The translations under genes and the position numbers were made by a program. Below the pieces are notes generated by a model. The model was not told where the DNA came from. It did not search any database and saw only the letters and a program-made list of their open reading frames with translations. A stretch of DNA of 64,000 nucleotides from Phormidesmis sp. (GTDB taxonomy: Bacteria; Cyanobacteriota; Cyanobacteriia; Leptolyngbyales; Leptolyngbyaceae), in the NCBI GenBank assembly GCA_965248535.1, contig CBDFJR010000005.1, positions 1,056,001-1,120,000 of the forward strand, in the 5' to 3' direction. Positions 16,991 to 29,034 of this stretch are shown here, in pieces; positions within the stretch are counted from its first letter, which is position 1; each line of letters begins with the position of its first letter.

Positions 16991-18342
16991 GACGGGGTTG
17001 GGTTGCGCTGAGTTTTTTTGACCAGAGCCGACAGATCAGCCGACAGATCAAGCGGGATAGATTGGGGCTGATGAATATCTCGGACGGAGGGCGGCAAGCT
17101 AGACACCGAAGCGGCAGTTCGTTGGGCGATCGTGCTCAAGCTGTCTGATTCTTGCACTCGCTGCCCCTGTTTGAAAACTAGCTGCATTAAAGGTTGTTCA
17201 TGGTCAGGCGTTTCGTGGATTAAGCCTAAGCGATCGTGCTGCACGATTCCGTTTTCGATGCGACGAAAAATCTGCTTTCGTCCAGGGTAAGTGATCTTGC
17301 CGGGAGACTCTTTCATCACTGGGATGCCGTCAATCTCGACCAGTTTATAGACTCCGTTCACGGGCGCACCCGTTACAAGCTGTGTGCCAATGCCATAGCC
17401 ATCAATGCAGGCTCCGGCCGCTCTGAATTCGGCAATTTTCCACTCGTCTAAGTCACCACTGGCGATGATTGAGACACCGGGCAACAGCTCGCGCACCTGT
17501 TGAGACAGAGCCACGAGATCGCCCGAATCGATTCTCACCCCTGATAGCTGGAGGGTTCCGGCTTTAATCTGCTCGGATAGGTGGCGGGCGGCGGCGATCG
17601 TGTCATAGGTGTCAATCAGCAAAGGCGCACCCGGAAAGTAGCGGTGAAACGCGGTGAATGCCTCTGCCTCAGTGCCTTCTGTAGCGCTCAATGCCATCAC
17701 GAGGGCATGGGCCATCGTCCCAGCAGGTTTGCGACCTAACTTAACCGCCGCTAAGACATTGGACGTGGCATCTAACCCGGCTGCCAGGGCTGCACGAGCC
17801 GCCCACAAAGCTCCTTGTGGGCTAAAGGCGCGACGGGTGCCAAACTCTAATAGGGTTGCGTCGGCTCCGGCTACGTCTCGCATTCGCGCCGATCGGGTGG
17901 CGACAAGAGTCTGATAATTTAGCGTGTTGAGTAAATAAGTCTCGACGAGTTGCGCTTGCCAGAGAGGAGCTTCTATCCGCAATAACGGCTCGTTGGCGAA
18001 AATGGCGGTTCCTTCGGGCACGGCCCAAACGTCGCCGCTAAACCGAGCTTCTCGCAGCAGAGTCCAAAATTGGGTAGGGGCGTGGTCAAAAATGCCCATC
18101 GACTGAAGCGCATCCACCTGAGCCGCACTGAATCGAAATTTTTCTAGATAATCTAGAGCTTGGGCAAGCCCGATCGCGATCAAATATCCAAATTTCTGAG
18201 GCAAACGCCGAACGGTCACCTCAAAACTGGCGCGACGCTGATCCAAATGTTCGCCCACATAGCAGGCGGCCATCGTTAACTGATAGAGATCAGTCAGAAG
18301 GCTATAATCGTCTGGCGTTAGGGTCAGTTCTACGTCTTCCAC
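16987..18342 (-). CDS. pncB: Nicotinate phosphoribosyltransferase
   Basis: LLTDLYQLTM, EFGTRRA, GTMAH, LIDTYD, VRIDSGD. Confidence 0.95.
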   Translation of the reverse strand: MEDVELTLTPDDYSLLTDLYQLTMAACYVGEHLDQRRASFEVTVRRLPQKFGYLIAIGLAQALDYLEKFRFSAAQVDALQSMGIFDHAPTQFWTLLREARFSGDVWAVPEGTAIFANEPLLRIEAPLWQAQLVETYLLNTLNYQTLVATRSARMRDVAGADATLLEFGTRRAFSPQGALWAARAALAAGLDATSNVLAAVKLGRKPAGTMAHALVMALSATEGTEAEAFTAFHRYFPGAPLLIDTYDTIAAARHLSEQIKAGTLQLSGVRIDSGDLVALSQQVRELLPGVSIIASGDLDEWKIAEFRAAGACIDGYGIGTQLVTGAPVNGVYKLVEIDGIPVMKESPGKITYPGRKQIFRRIENGIVQHDRLGLIHETPDHEQPLMQLVFKQGQRVQESDSLSTIAQRTAASVSSLPPSVRDIHQPQSIPLDLSADLSALVKKTQRNPTPS

Positions 18343-18414
18343 CCGATTCTCCTTAAATTGATAAAGGGCAGACTGGCTAAACGAAGGTGCAGAAGGTTGG
18401 GCGCTATTCCAGAA

Positions 18415-18435
18415 TTATAGTCAAAAGAACCATAA
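18415..18435. promoter_or_regulatory. NrtR operator
   Basis: TTATAGTCAAAAGAACCATAA, a 21-bp palindrome with GT-N7-AC core upstream of pncB. Confidence 0.8.
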
Positions 18436-18650
18436 ATAAGCAAGAAAGATCTTCAGGTTCTCTGTTTTTTGGACAAAGAGCCGCTAGATGCTTCCATCAC
18501 GGCTTATATCTAGAGAGAATTCAGATTTTGTTTTTAGTGATTCTCATCAAAAATGTCTGCCTTTGGCGAGAGGGCGATCGCCAAGAAAAGTAGCGAGAAG
18601 CCAGGTGTGCTCTCATCAAAATCTTGTTCTGAAAGCAAAATTCTCAGAAC

Positions 18651-20576
18651 TTACCGGGACGACAGTCCGCGTTGTTCTTGACGTTCACGAATGCGATCGA
18701 GCGTCCCGACTGGAATGGCCGCAATTAACTGACGGGTATAAGCCTGTTGAGGATGGCGATAAATCGCGTCAGCCGTGCCGACCTCTTCAATTTTGCCGCG
18801 ATTCATCACAATGATGCGATCGCTCATAAACTTCACCACGCTCAAATCGTGAGAGATAAAAATGTAGGTCAAGCCAAACTCAGATTGCAGTTCTTTGAGT
18901 AAGTTGAGCACTTGCGCCTGCACCGAGACATCCAAAGCCGAGACCGACTCATCGCAAATGATGAATTTGGGATTGAGCGCCAGCGATCGGGCAATGCAAA
19001 CCCGCTGCCGCTGCCCACCCGAAAACTCGTGGGGATAGCGCTTCATCAAATCAGGGTCTAACCCCACCCGTTGCAGCAGATAAGCTGCCCGCTCTCGATG
19101 TTGCTTGCCCTTGCCGCGCCCATAAATTTGCAGCGGCTCCATCACCGCTTCGCCAATGTTGAGACGCGGATCAAGCGAACTGTAGGGATTTTGAAAGATG
19201 ATCTGCGCTTCTCGGCGCAACTGGCGTACCTGATCGGACGGCAGCGACAGAATATCTTTGCCCTCAAACAGCACGTTTCCACTTTTGGCGACAATCAGCC
19301 GCAGCAGGGTTCTGGCCAGAGTCGTTTTGCCACAGCCAGATTCACCCACCAGTCCCAAGGTTTCGCCGGGGTAGACATCAAACGAGACATCGTTAACCGC
19401 CATCACATAGCGCTTGGTCTGTCCAAAAATGCCCCGGACTGGAAACGCGACTTGCAGGTTTTGCACGGAGACAAGGGGCGCTTTTTTCTGAAGATCCTGC
19501 GATCGGGCATTAAATTCAGCATCGCTAATCTCCTCAGCACTGCGTAGCGCGGCAGCCACATCCTGCTGTTTGGCTTCGATCCGCGTTTCCCCGGTCGGCA
19601 ATTTAGAGACGCTCATGAAATCTGAGACGGTGGGCAGATAGCGCAGGCGACGATCGGGCTGAGGGCGACAGGTCAATAATCCCTTGGTGTAAGGGTGTTG
19701 GGGATTAGAAAAGATCTCTAAAACCGAGCCATATTCGACGATTTTGCCCTCATACATCACGGCAACTTGATCGGCAATCTCCGCGATTAAACTCAAATCG
19801 TGGGTGATAAACATCATGCCCATGCCGCGCCGATTTCGCAGATCTCGCAGCAAATCTAAAATCGTGGCTTGCACGGTCACATCGAGCGCCGTCGTTGGCT
19901 CATCTGCGATCAGCAACGTGGGATTGCAGGAGATCGCCATCGCAATCATCACGCGCTGAATCTGCCCGCCTGATAGCTCATGAGGATAGCGATCGAGCAT
20001 CGCTAATTTTTGACGATTGATCTGACGATCGATTTCGGTCTGACTCGGCTGCGGTTCATCTGAGGAAAATTCATCTGAGGAGAATTCTTCTAAAAATCGG
20101 CGTTTTAGCTCGTCGTCCGACGGCAACAACTGCACTTCTTGCAAGAGTGAAACCGCTCGACGTTGAGCTTGATGGTCAGAAATCTTTTCGTGGAGACGAA
20201 TTGCCTCCGTTATCTGAAACCCACAAGTGTAAACCGGATTGAGCGAACTCATCGGTTCCTGAAAAATCATCGACAGACGATCGCCGCGATAATTTTGCAA
20301 CTGCTTGACCGGAACCCGCAGCAGATCCACAGGTTCGCCGATCGTTTCGGCATCATTAAACCAGATCTCTCCCCCCGTCACCCGACCCGGTGGATTGGGC
20401 ACCAACCCCATCACCGCTAGCGACGTGACCGATTTCCCCGAACCCGATTCCCCCACAATTCCCAGCGTCTGCCCCCGTTTGACCTGAAAGGAGATGCCAT
20501 CCACCGCTTTCACCGTTCTGGTGTCGGTTTTGAACTGTACTTGCAGGTCACGAACGTCGAGAATAGTGTCACTCAT
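18651..20576 (-). CDS. Peptide ABC transporter ATP-binding protein, fused double domain
   Basis: GESGSGKS and GESGCGKT; YPHELSGGQ and YPHEFSGGQRQR. Confidence 0.93.
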   Translation of the reverse strand: MSDTILDVRDLQVQFKTDTRTVKAVDGISFQVKRGQTLGIVGESGSGKSVTSLAVMGLVPNPPGRVTGGEIWFNDAETIGEPVDLLRVPVKQLQNYRGDRLSMIFQEPMSSLNPVYTCGFQITEAIRLHEKISDHQAQRRAVSLLQEVQLLPSDDELKRRFLEEFSSDEFSSDEPQPSQTEIDRQINRQKLAMLDRYPHELSGGQIQRVMIAMAISCNPTLLIADEPTTALDVTVQATILDLLRDLRNRRGMGMMFITHDLSLIAEIADQVAVMYEGKIVEYGSVLEIFSNPQHPYTKGLLTCRPQPDRRLRYLPTVSDFMSVSKLPTGETRIEAKQQDVAAALRSAEEISDAEFNARSQDLQKKAPLVSVQNLQVAFPVRGIFGQTKRYVMAVNDVSFDVYPGETLGLVGESGCGKTTLARTLLRLIVAKSGNVLFEGKDILSLPSDQVRQLRREAQIIFQNPYSSLDPRLNIGEAVMEPLQIYGRGKGKQHRERAAYLLQRVGLDPDLMKRYPHEFSGGQRQRVCIARSLALNPKFIICDESVSALDVSVQAQVLNLLKELQSEFGLTYIFISHDLSVVKFMSDRIIVMNRGKIEEVGTADAIYRHPQQAYTRQLIAAIPVGTLDRIRERQEQRGLSSR

Positions 20577-20716
20577 AGTCGGAAGAGCACAGCTAGCAGA
20601 ATTGTGATCTAAATTACGTGGATCTTAACAAGGGTTTGAGGATCGCGATCGTGCTCAAAGAGTCAGTCGTGAGGAATTTATCAAGCGTCGCTGACGGACG
20701 ATAATTAGAGCACCCG

Positions 20717-21673
20717 CTAAAGCATTGACAATTCACCCACCACATCTAGACGCTTATAGCGCCCGATCGTCAGATAGCTTTCTGAGAGCGTTTCGGCCAC
20801 TGAGGGCGTGATCCAGCCCATTTGTTTAAGAACGTGAATGGCGATCGCATATTTCGCCCGTTTGGCCCCGTCCATAACTTTGATCGCTAACCCTAACCCT
20901 TCACCGACTCGCCCGACACACTGCACGCCTTCGGCACCCGATTTGCTGACAATTTCTCCTTCGGTCAGCCGCATCAGTTCGGTGTCAAATTCTCCATCGC
21001 CTGACACCATAATTGGGTGGTGCGTCATCGCTCGTGAGATCCGCTCCATATCCAGATTATTGCCCGATGCAAGTTGGGCATAGAGCCACGCCAGTTGCCG
21101 CAGTTGCATAAAATAAGTGGGGGCACCGCAGTCGTCTTTGGCCACAATAAACTCTGCGCCAGGAATCTTTAATAGCTCGGCAATCTTCGCCAAGATTAGC
21201 TGCTGAACGGGGTGATTTCCCTGAAGATAGGTGTTGAGGGGCAGCCCGCGCTGCTGACAAACGGCCAGCATTCCGGCGTGCTTGCCAGAGCAGTTATCTT
21301 GAAGCGGACTCTGTTTTTGAGGCGGAATCGGACACTGCACCGCACCGGGATCGATGTCGGCTCTCCAGAGAATATTAAAGACTTGCCTAACCTGATGAAT
21401 CGACCCTTTGTGAGAGCTACAGATAATAGCTAAGTCACGATCGGTCAACCCATAGCGCTCTAGCGTCCCGGTGGCGGTGACGGCCAATGCCTGAAAGGGT
21501 TTTAGCGCCGATCGAGCAAATGTCGCCGTTTCAGCGTTGCCCGCCATGAGTAAAATGCGACCGCGATCGTCACAAATTGCCGCCTGAGCGTGATGCACAG
21601 ATTCGATAATGCCTTCGCGCAGAAGTCTGACTTCCAGTTCTGCTGATGCGTGAGTTCTTCTTCCCCTTGTCAT
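20717..21673 (-). CDS. L-asparaginase II family protein
   Basis: RSALKPFQAL, NCSGKHAG, SKSGAEG. Confidence 0.9.
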   Translation of the reverse strand: MTRGRRTHASAELEVRLLREGIIESVHHAQAAICDDRGRILLMAGNAETATFARSALKPFQALAVTATGTLERYGLTDRDLAIICSSHKGSIHQVRQVFNILWRADIDPGAVQCPIPPQKQSPLQDNCSGKHAGMLAVCQQRGLPLNTYLQGNHPVQQLILAKIAELLKIPGAEFIVAKDDCGAPTYFMQLRQLAWLYAQLASGNNLDMERISRAMTHHPIMVSGDGEFDTELMRLTEGEIVSKSGAEGVQCVGRVGEGLGLAIKVMDGAKRAKYAIAIHVLKQMGWITPSVAETLSESYLTIGRYKRLDVVGELSML

Positions 21674-21715
21674 GTGTAGAACTCTAGCATTAGAGGGAAC
21701 CCCGATAGAAAAAAT

Positions 21716-22216
21716 TTATGCCGCCCACCAGACCACACTCCCAACACAAAACAGCAGCGCCACAATCTGAAACGTGCGGCTGAGACGCTGCAAAATTGGC
21801 TCGACCTGGTAAGTGACAACGAGGCGATCTTGAGTCAACACCTCTACAGGCTTTTCCCAGGTTTGACCGTCATACCAGCCCGATTCTTCATAAAAAACGG
21901 TGGTGTTGAGCAGCCGAGTTTTGACATAGCGCCAACCCAAATAGAGCCGCAGCAGCGCCAACGCCGGAAAGATGCTGGCTCCGGCTGCTGCCAATAGCCC
22001 AAACTGGGTCGGGTGTTTGGCGGGCGCAAAGCTCACCGCCGCTACTGGGCCCGACACCAACCAACTCAGACCCCAAAGCACGATCGTGGGCTTGACATAG
22101 GCAAATAAGTCAAGAGTTGCCCAGCGGAAAAACCAAGATTCTTTGAGGTCTTGATATTCGTTAATTGGTCTCTGCTCTAGCGGGACTGGGCAAACGACAG
22201 ATGAGTTCATAACCAA
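21716..22216 (-). CDS. CGLD27/Ycf36 family protein (DUF1230)
   Basis: CPVPLEQRPINEY and YEESGWYDGQTWEKP. Confidence 0.92.
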   Translation of the reverse strand: MVMNSSVVCPVPLEQRPINEYQDLKESWFFRWATLDLFAYVKPTIVLWGLSWLVSGPVAAVSFAPAKHPTQFGLLAAAGASIFPALALLRLYLGWRYVKTRLLNTTVFYEESGWYDGQTWEKPVEVLTQDRLVVTYQVEPILQRLSRTFQIVALLFCVGSVVWWAA

Positions 22217-22320
22217 GTCAGGGAAGTAAACAGAAACAATCTACCCGTCAGTATAAAAGAGTTTTGAGCGTTGAGGTTTAAGTTATGAGTTGGCTGAAAC
22301 CCTCAACGCTGCGATCGTCT

Positions 22321-22740
22321 CTAGCTGGCGATGTCGGCATAGGCCATGCGGGGCGCGTGTCCCCAAAAGGCTTCTAGGTCATAGCGTTCTCGCTCTGGCG
22401 GCATCAAAACATGAACAATCACATCGCCATAGTCTTCGAGCACCCATGAGCCTTCTGACAACCCTTCAGAACGCAGAGGTCTGCGATTCATCTTTTCAAG
22501 GATTTTGTCTTCGATCGCGCCCGCGATCGCCCGCACCTGCACTTTAGAAAAGCCCGTAATCACCACAAAATAATCGGCTAAAACGGTGACTTCTCCAACT
22601 TTCATCAGCGTGATCTCTTCGCCTTTGCGATCGTCAGCAGCTTCGGCAGCCAGAAGTGCCAGATCATAGCTACGATCGGGAGCGGTTTGAGTTGTGCCAG
22701 AGACGGTAGAAAGAATTTGCTCTTGGGTGAAATCTGTCAT
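22321..22740 (-). CDS. rsfS: Ribosome silencing factor
   Basis: ADYFVVITG and WVLEDYGDVIVH..YDLEAFW. Confidence 0.93.
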   Translation of the reverse strand: MTDFTQEQILSTVSGTTQTAPDRSYDLALLAAEAADDRKGEEITLMKVGEVTVLADYFVVITGFSKVQVRAIAGAIEDKILEKMNRRPLRSEGLSEGSWVLEDYGDVIVHVLMPPERERYDLEAFWGHAPRMAYADIAS

Positions 22741-22825
22741 TAATGGTTAAGTTCCTATTAGTTAAGAGTCGATGAGAGGAGGCAATGAATCATTTCCTGG
22801 GGCGGCATTGACCTAAATTCCCAAG

Positions 22826-23458
22826 CTAATGTTTTCTGGGGCTGCGTTTGAAAACTTTTTGTAGAAACCAGTTGCGAGTCAAAACAGTGCGCGGATGAAT
22901 CGGATGACGAGCGTCTAATAGATGGGTCAAGGAACAATCAGCTAATCGCCAGATGGCTTGATCGAGATCTCGCCGACTGAGGTGCCGCAACTCTTCTAGC
23001 TCAGGCGTGCTGCCCCGTCCGGGTTCTAGCCCATCTGCCAAGTAGACCACACAGCTTAAGGGACTCATGCCCGGACTGCCCAAGGTGTGATCGCGGATCG
23101 CCTGCAAGACTTCTGGGTCACGAACGCCAAATTCATCTCTGGCTACGATCGCCCCCACCTCAGCATGGAGCAAGTGCGGGTTAGTCAGATCCACTGCGTC
23201 AAGAATCAACCCTTCTTCTTGAGCCATCTGCAACAGACGCATGGACTTAAAAAACTTTGCCAAGTCGTGCATCAAGCCAGCTTGAGCAGCTTTTTTTGCG
23301 TCTAGACCATGGCAGTTTGCCAAATCGATCGCCATCTCTTCTACGCGCAAGATGTGTCGAATCCTCGTGTCAGGAACGTTGTCCTTTAGCCAGGATAAAA
23401 CTGCCTTCCGTTGATCAGGATGGGTTGGCGGCGATAGTGGTTTAAGAGATTGGGACAC
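22826..23458 (-). CDS. yqeK: HD-domain Ap4A hydrolase YqeK
   Basis: GLMHDLAK, LLHAEVGA, HTLG, YLADGLEPGR. Confidence 0.9.
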   Translation of the reverse strand: MSQSLKPLSPPTHPDQRKAVLSWLKDNVPDTRIRHILRVEEMAIDLANCHGLDAKKAAQAGLMHDLAKFFKSMRLLQMAQEEGLILDAVDLTNPHLLHAEVGAIVARDEFGVRDPEVLQAIRDHTLGSPGMSPLSCVVYLADGLEPGRGSTPELEELRHLSRRDLDQAIWRLADCSLTHLLDARHPIHPRTVLTRNWFLQKVFKRSPRKH

Positions 23459-23646
23459 AATAGAAGTCAGAAAACTCCTGGATTCGCTAATTTCATTTTA
23501 GCGCAACTGATTTGATCGCTTCATTAAGCCTTATATCCGTCTACTATTATCGATTACTTGTATCGATTACTTAGATGAAGCTGGGCGATCGGGTTCACTT
23601 CAGAGAGATTAGCAGCAACGATCGCCTTTCAACGAGTTCATCTCAA

Positions 23647-24810
<1,164 letters not shown>

Positions 24811-24873
24811 TCAGCGATCGCCAAGATTGGAAAACATTCATTTCGGACTTGAATCCAAAATCACCTAGCTGCC

Positions 24874-25110
24874 CTATTTCTTGTCGTCGGGAGTTGCCGT
24901 CTCGTCCACCATGCCATATTTCCGCATGAAGCGTTCCACACGACCTTCGGTGTCAATGATCTTCTGGGTGCCCGTGAAGAATGGGTGATTTCCAGACCAC
25001 ACATCGACGGTGAGTTGGGGCTTGGTAGACCCGATCGTCATCACAACTTCGCCGTTGCAATAGACTTTGGCTTCGGGATACCACTTGGGATGAATGTCAG
25101 GTTTAGGCAT
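24874..25110 (-). CDS. rpmE: 50S ribosomal protein L31
   Basis: MPKPDIHPKW..HPFFTG..GRVERF. Confidence 0.97.
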   Translation of the reverse strand: MPKPDIHPKWYPEAKVYCNGEVVMTIGSTKPQLTVDVWSGNHPFFTGTQKIIDTEGRVERFMRKYGMVDETATPDDKK

Positions 25111-25187
25111 TGAGAGTCTCCATAGCTAATTCAACTTTAACAGGTTGGTCAGGGTGATGGTCGATCGACCGATAGCCGAAGACAACC

Positions 25188-25595
25188 TTAGCGCTTCGAG
25201 AACTGAGGCGCTTTCCGAGCTTTTCGCAGACCATATTTCTTCCGCTCTTTGGCGCGAGGGTCACGAGTCAGATAGCCTTCGGTTTTGAGGGGCTTACGAT
25301 TGTCGGGGTCGAGTTGGCAGAGCGCACGAGCCACGCCGAGACGAATGGCATCGGCTTGTCCCGTTAATCCACCGCCGTGGGCGTTGACGAGAATGTCATA
25401 CTCGCCTTCTAATCCCAAGGTTTCGAGGGGAGCTTTGGCAGCCGCCAAATATTCGGGGTTGAACTGGAGATAGAGATCTCCCGGCTTGCCGTTGACTGTG
25501 ATTTGACCTTCACCGGGAACGAGACGAACCCTGGCCACCGCAGATTTACGGCGACCTGTGCCTAGATAGACGACGCGACCTTCAGTGGCTTGCAT
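25188..25595 (-). CDS. rpsI: 30S ribosomal protein S9
   Basis: [18 protein letters not shown]. Confidence 0.98.
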   Translation of the reverse strand: MQATEGRVVYLGTGRRKSAVARVRLVPGEGQITVNGKPGDLYLQFNPEYLAAAKAPLETLGLEGEYDILVNAHGGGLTGQADAIRLGVARALCQLDPDNRKPLKTEGYLTRDPRAKERKKYGLRKARKAPQFSKR

Positions 25596-26050
25596 TAGTT
25601 AGCTCCTTTCGGGATGGTGTTGATTTCGAGAACCTGAGGCTTTTGAGCCGCATGGGGATGATTGGGGCCCGCGTAAACGTTCATTTTGGTGAACAGTTGC
25701 CGACCCAGGGAGTTTTTGGGCAACATACCTTTGACAGCGTGTTCAATAATTCGCTCAGGGATGCGCGCTTGCAGTTTTTCAAAGGTCTCGGTTTTCATAC
25801 CACCGGGGCGACCAGAGTTACGACGATAGAGTTTTTGACTGCGCTTTTTGCCCGTCACCTCAATCTTTTCAGCGTTGATGATGATCACAAAGTCGCCTGT
25901 GTCCATTGAAGGGGTGTAGGTCGGCTTGTTTTTGCCGCGCAGGATCATCGCCACTTCAGTCGCAAGCCGTCCGAGTCGCTGGTCGGCGGCATCTATAACG
26001 TACCAATTACGTTCTAGGGTCGCCTGGGGTGGGAGATAGGTTTTTTCCAT
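25595..26050 (-). CDS. rplM: 50S ribosomal protein L13
   Basis: WYVIDA..LGRLA..GKNKP. Confidence 0.98.
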   Translation of the reverse strand: MEKTYLPPQATLERNWYVIDAADQRLGRLATEVAMILRGKNKPTYTPSMDTGDFVIIINAEKIEVTGKKRSQKLYRRNSGRPGGMKTETFEKLQARIPERIIEHAVKGMLPKNSLGRQLFTKMNVYAGPNHPHAAQKPQVLEINTIPKGAN

Positions 26051-26119
26051 GACAGTGTTTCAGTTAAAGGGGTTAGACGGTTCTCAAAGAACCTGGCTGG
26101 GCGATCGCTGAACTAAGAA

Positions 26120-26995
26120 CTAACTCAAGCAATATTCAGGAGCTGTCCCAGAGGACTTTTTCTCAGTCATCGCAGTTGGCAAGACAAACCTGGGTTGAGT
26201 GTCATACCAAAGGTCGGGCAGAAAGGGCGATTCAGGATAGCCCACTCGCAGCAGACACAAGCCCTGAGGCGGTGCTGCATATTTCACTTCGTCTCGTCGC
26301 TGGTTTGTCCAGAGTTGGGTGAAGTCGTCGGGCGATCGCTCCCCTCGCCCCACCTGCACCAGCAAGCCGACCAAGAGTCGCATCATTCCATAGAGAAATC
26401 CGCTAGACTGCACCTCGATCGTCACGAGTGACCCTTGACGCTGACACTCCACCGCCTGGATGTCTACCCAGGAGTGCGGACGCGTCGAGCCTGTGCGATG
26501 AAACGCCGCCATGTGATGTCGCCCGATCATCGGGTCAAGCGCCGCCTGAATCAGCGCTTCATCCAACGGTGCGTGATAATAGTGCCACGCAAAAGGGCTG
26601 ACAAACAGGTTAGGGCGCGCTTCCGTAAACAAGGTGTAACGATAGCGTCGCCAGGCGGCAGAGAATCGAGCGTGCCAGGTAGAACTGACCGAAGCCGAAG
26701 CCCGAATTAAGATATCCTGCGGCAGGCGTGGGTTCAAAACGTCTGCCCAGCGCTGGGCCGGAATCAAAGTTTCGGCATCAAAATGGGCCACTTGAGCGGC
26801 TGCGTGAACTCCAGTATCGGTTCTTCCTGCCGCGTGAATCACCACAGGGCGGTTAAGCACCGATCGCAGCACCGTCTCAATCTCTTCTTGCACCGTGCGC
26901 TGATTAGGCTGTCGCTGCCACCCATGAAAATGAGTGCCCAGGTATTGAACAACCAGGGCAACCCGTTGAGTGGATTGTGATTCAGCAGCCAGCAT
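26120..26995 (-). CDS. truA: tRNA pseudouridine(38-40) synthase
   Basis: AGRTDTGVHA and FLYGMMR. Confidence 0.96.
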   Translation of the reverse strand: MLAAESQSTQRVALVVQYLGTHFHGWQRQPNQRTVQEEIETVLRSVLNRPVVIHAAGRTDTGVHAAAQVAHFDAETLIPAQRWADVLNPRLPQDILIRASASVSSTWHARFSAAWRRYRYTLFTEARPNLFVSPFAWHYYHAPLDEALIQAALDPMIGRHHMAAFHRTGSTRPHSWVDIQAVECQRQGSLVTIEVQSSGFLYGMMRLLVGLLVQVGRGERSPDDFTQLWTNQRRDEVKYAAPPQGLCLLRVGYPESPFLPDLWYDTQPRFVLPTAMTEKKSSGTAPEYCLS

Positions 26996-27006
26996 GGTGT
27001 GTGAGA

Positions 27007-27357
27007 TCAGGTTAGCTCGATGATGGCCATCGCAGCGTTGTCGCCGCGACGGGGAACGGTGCGAAGAATGCGCGTATACCCACCTTGGCGATCGGCGTAG
27101 CGCTGAGGCGCTTGCTCAAACAACGCATGGACGAGTTGCTTGTCAAAAATATATCCCATCGCTTGACGACGAGCAGACAGAGAACCATCTTTGGCCAGGG
27201 TGATCATTTTCTCGGCTTCCGATCGGAGAGCCTGAGCGCGAACCTTGGTCGTTTTGATCCGACCGTTGCGAATCAGTTCAGTAGTCAAGGCTCTCAAGAG
27301 CGCTCGACGCTGATCCGCAGGTTTGCCAAGCATTGGAACTTTACAACGGTGCCGCAT
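27007..27357 (-). CDS. rplQ: 50S ribosomal protein L17
   Basis: MRHR..GGYTRI..RRGDNA. Confidence 0.98.
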   Translation of the reverse strand: MRHRCKVPMLGKPADQRRALLRALTTELIRNGRIKTTKVRAQALRSEAEKMITLAKDGSLSARRQAMGYIFDKQLVHALFEQAPQRYADRQGGYTRILRTVPRRGDNAAMAIIELT

Positions 27358-27464
27358 AGCTTTCGGGGATAGGGTCAGTTACAAAAATCGGGACATGAGC
27401 GTCCGCCCAGAAGTCGCTGTTTGTGAGAACGTTCAGCCCGAACGCCCTCACAAATGAGCGATGA

Positions 27465-28409
27465 CTAGCTGGGCTTAGAGGATTTTTCCATCGGTAGGGT
27501 AATCCCCAAGCGTTGTTGAAGAGCTTCGACCACTTCTTCGGCAGATTTCTGACCGAAATTCTTTATTTCGAGCAGGTCTTCCTGAGTGTAGTCCAGCAAA
27601 TCAGCAACGGAATTAATCTGCGCCCGCTTGAGACAGTTGTAGGCGCGAACTGAGAGTTGGAGTTCCTCGATCGGAATCTGGCTCTCAGGGCCTTCATCCC
27701 CCGTAAAGTCATCGGGCAACGGCTCAGAAGGGATGTCTTTGAGCGGGTTAAACAGATCGACGAGAATATTAGCAGCCTGGCTCAACGCCTCTTGAGGAGT
27801 CAAACTGCCATTCGTCGCGATCTCCATGATCAAGCGATCTTTCTCTAGATAACCGCCCGCTCTAGATTCAACACTGTAGTTCACCTTACGAACAGGCATA
27901 AAAACAGAGTCGATTTGGAGAAAATCGAGCGCCGCCGCATCTTCACGGGCTTTATCAACCGTTCGATAGCCTTTGCCCTTCTCAATCCTGAACTCCATTT
28001 CTAACGTCGAGTTAGAAGACAGCGTTGCAATGTACTGATCGGGATCGACTAGCTCTACATCGGCAGGTAAATCAAACTGCTCTGCGGTCACAGTCGCCGG
28101 GCCTTGCACCAGCAAGCGCCCGATCTGAGGCTGAGAAGAATGGCTCCTAAAAACCAGTTTCTTCATGTTCAGCATGATGTCGAGCACGTCTTCTCTCACC
28201 CCCGGAATCGTGGCAAACTCATGGCTGACACCCGCAATCCGCACGGCTGTCACGGCTGCTCCCTCTAAATTGGATAACAGCACCCGCCGCAAAGCGTTTC
28301 CAACGGTTGTTCCCTGACCACGCGCTAGGGGTTCTAGAATGAACTTACTATATTGGCTCTGGTCTTTGTCCGTAGTGGACTCTACACATTCAACCTGAAA
28401 CTGTGCCAC
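27465..28409 (-). CDS. rpoA: RNA polymerase alpha subunit
   Basis: GTTVGNALRRVLLS and LSVRAYNCLKR; GTG start taken at 28409. Confidence 0.98.
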   Translation of the reverse strand: MAQFQVECVESTTDKDQSQYSKFILEPLARGQGTTVGNALRRVLLSNLEGAAVTAVRIAGVSHEFATIPGVREDVLDIMLNMKKLVFRSHSSQPQIGRLLVQGPATVTAEQFDLPADVELVDPDQYIATLSSNSTLEMEFRIEKGKGYRTVDKAREDAAALDFLQIDSVFMPVRKVNYSVESRAGGYLEKDRLIMEIATNGSLTPQEALSQAANILVDLFNPLKDIPSEPLPDDFTGDEGPESQIPIEELQLSVRAYNCLKRAQINSVADLLDYTQEDLLEIKNFGQKSAEEVVEALQQRLGITLPMEKSSKPS

Positions 28410-28534
28410 GGAGTGACCTCCTTCTCCTTCTCGCTGAGGGTGACTACCCTCATTTGACTCTGAAATCACATCTCGCTGCTCGCTGTCAAAAGACAAATTG
28501 CAGCGTTCATCACTTGCTATGGAACTTGGCAACC

Positions 28535-28930
28535 CTAGACCCGACGGCGCTTGGGCGGGCGACAACCGTTGTGAGGAATGGGGGTCACGTCACGAATTAG
28601 GGTGATCTCCAGCCCGGCACCTTGCAGTGCTCGAATGGCGGTTTCACGACCTGCTCCAGGCCCGCTCACCATGACTTCACATTGGCGCATCCCTTGATCC
28701 ATTGCGCGACGGGCTGCGCTCTCTGCTGCCGTTTGAGCCGCAAAGGGAGTCCCCTTTTTTGCGCCCTTAAAGCCACTGGAGCCAGCCGATGCCCAAGACA
28801 CGACTTCGCCGCCTGTGTCAGAGATAGTGACGATCGTGTTGTTAAACGTAGATGAAATATAGGCCACCCCACTTGGCACATTTTTCTTTTGCTTGCGGGG
28901 TCCGGTTTTTCTGGTTGGTTGTCTCGCCAT
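28535..28930 (-). CDS. rpsK: 30S ribosomal protein S11
   Basis: [24 protein letters not shown]. Confidence 0.98.
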   Translation of the reverse strand: MARQPTRKTGPRKQKKNVPSGVAYISSTFNNTIVTISDTGGEVVSWASAGSSGFKGAKKGTPFAAQTAAESAARRAMDQGMRQCEVMVSGPGAGRETAIRALQGAGLEITLIRDVTPIPHNGCRPPKRRRV

Positions 28931-29034
28931 GTCTGAACTCTAGATCTAAAGTGCTAAATCAATGGGTGATTAAGTTGGCAACTGGCCTGAGCACCCATTG
29001 GCTCAAGCGCAACTACACAGGTGCCAAACGTTAA

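Noticed and set aside
23548..23572. Direct repeat TATCGATTACTT x2
   Set aside because: Two copies only; looks like a local duplication with no supportable function
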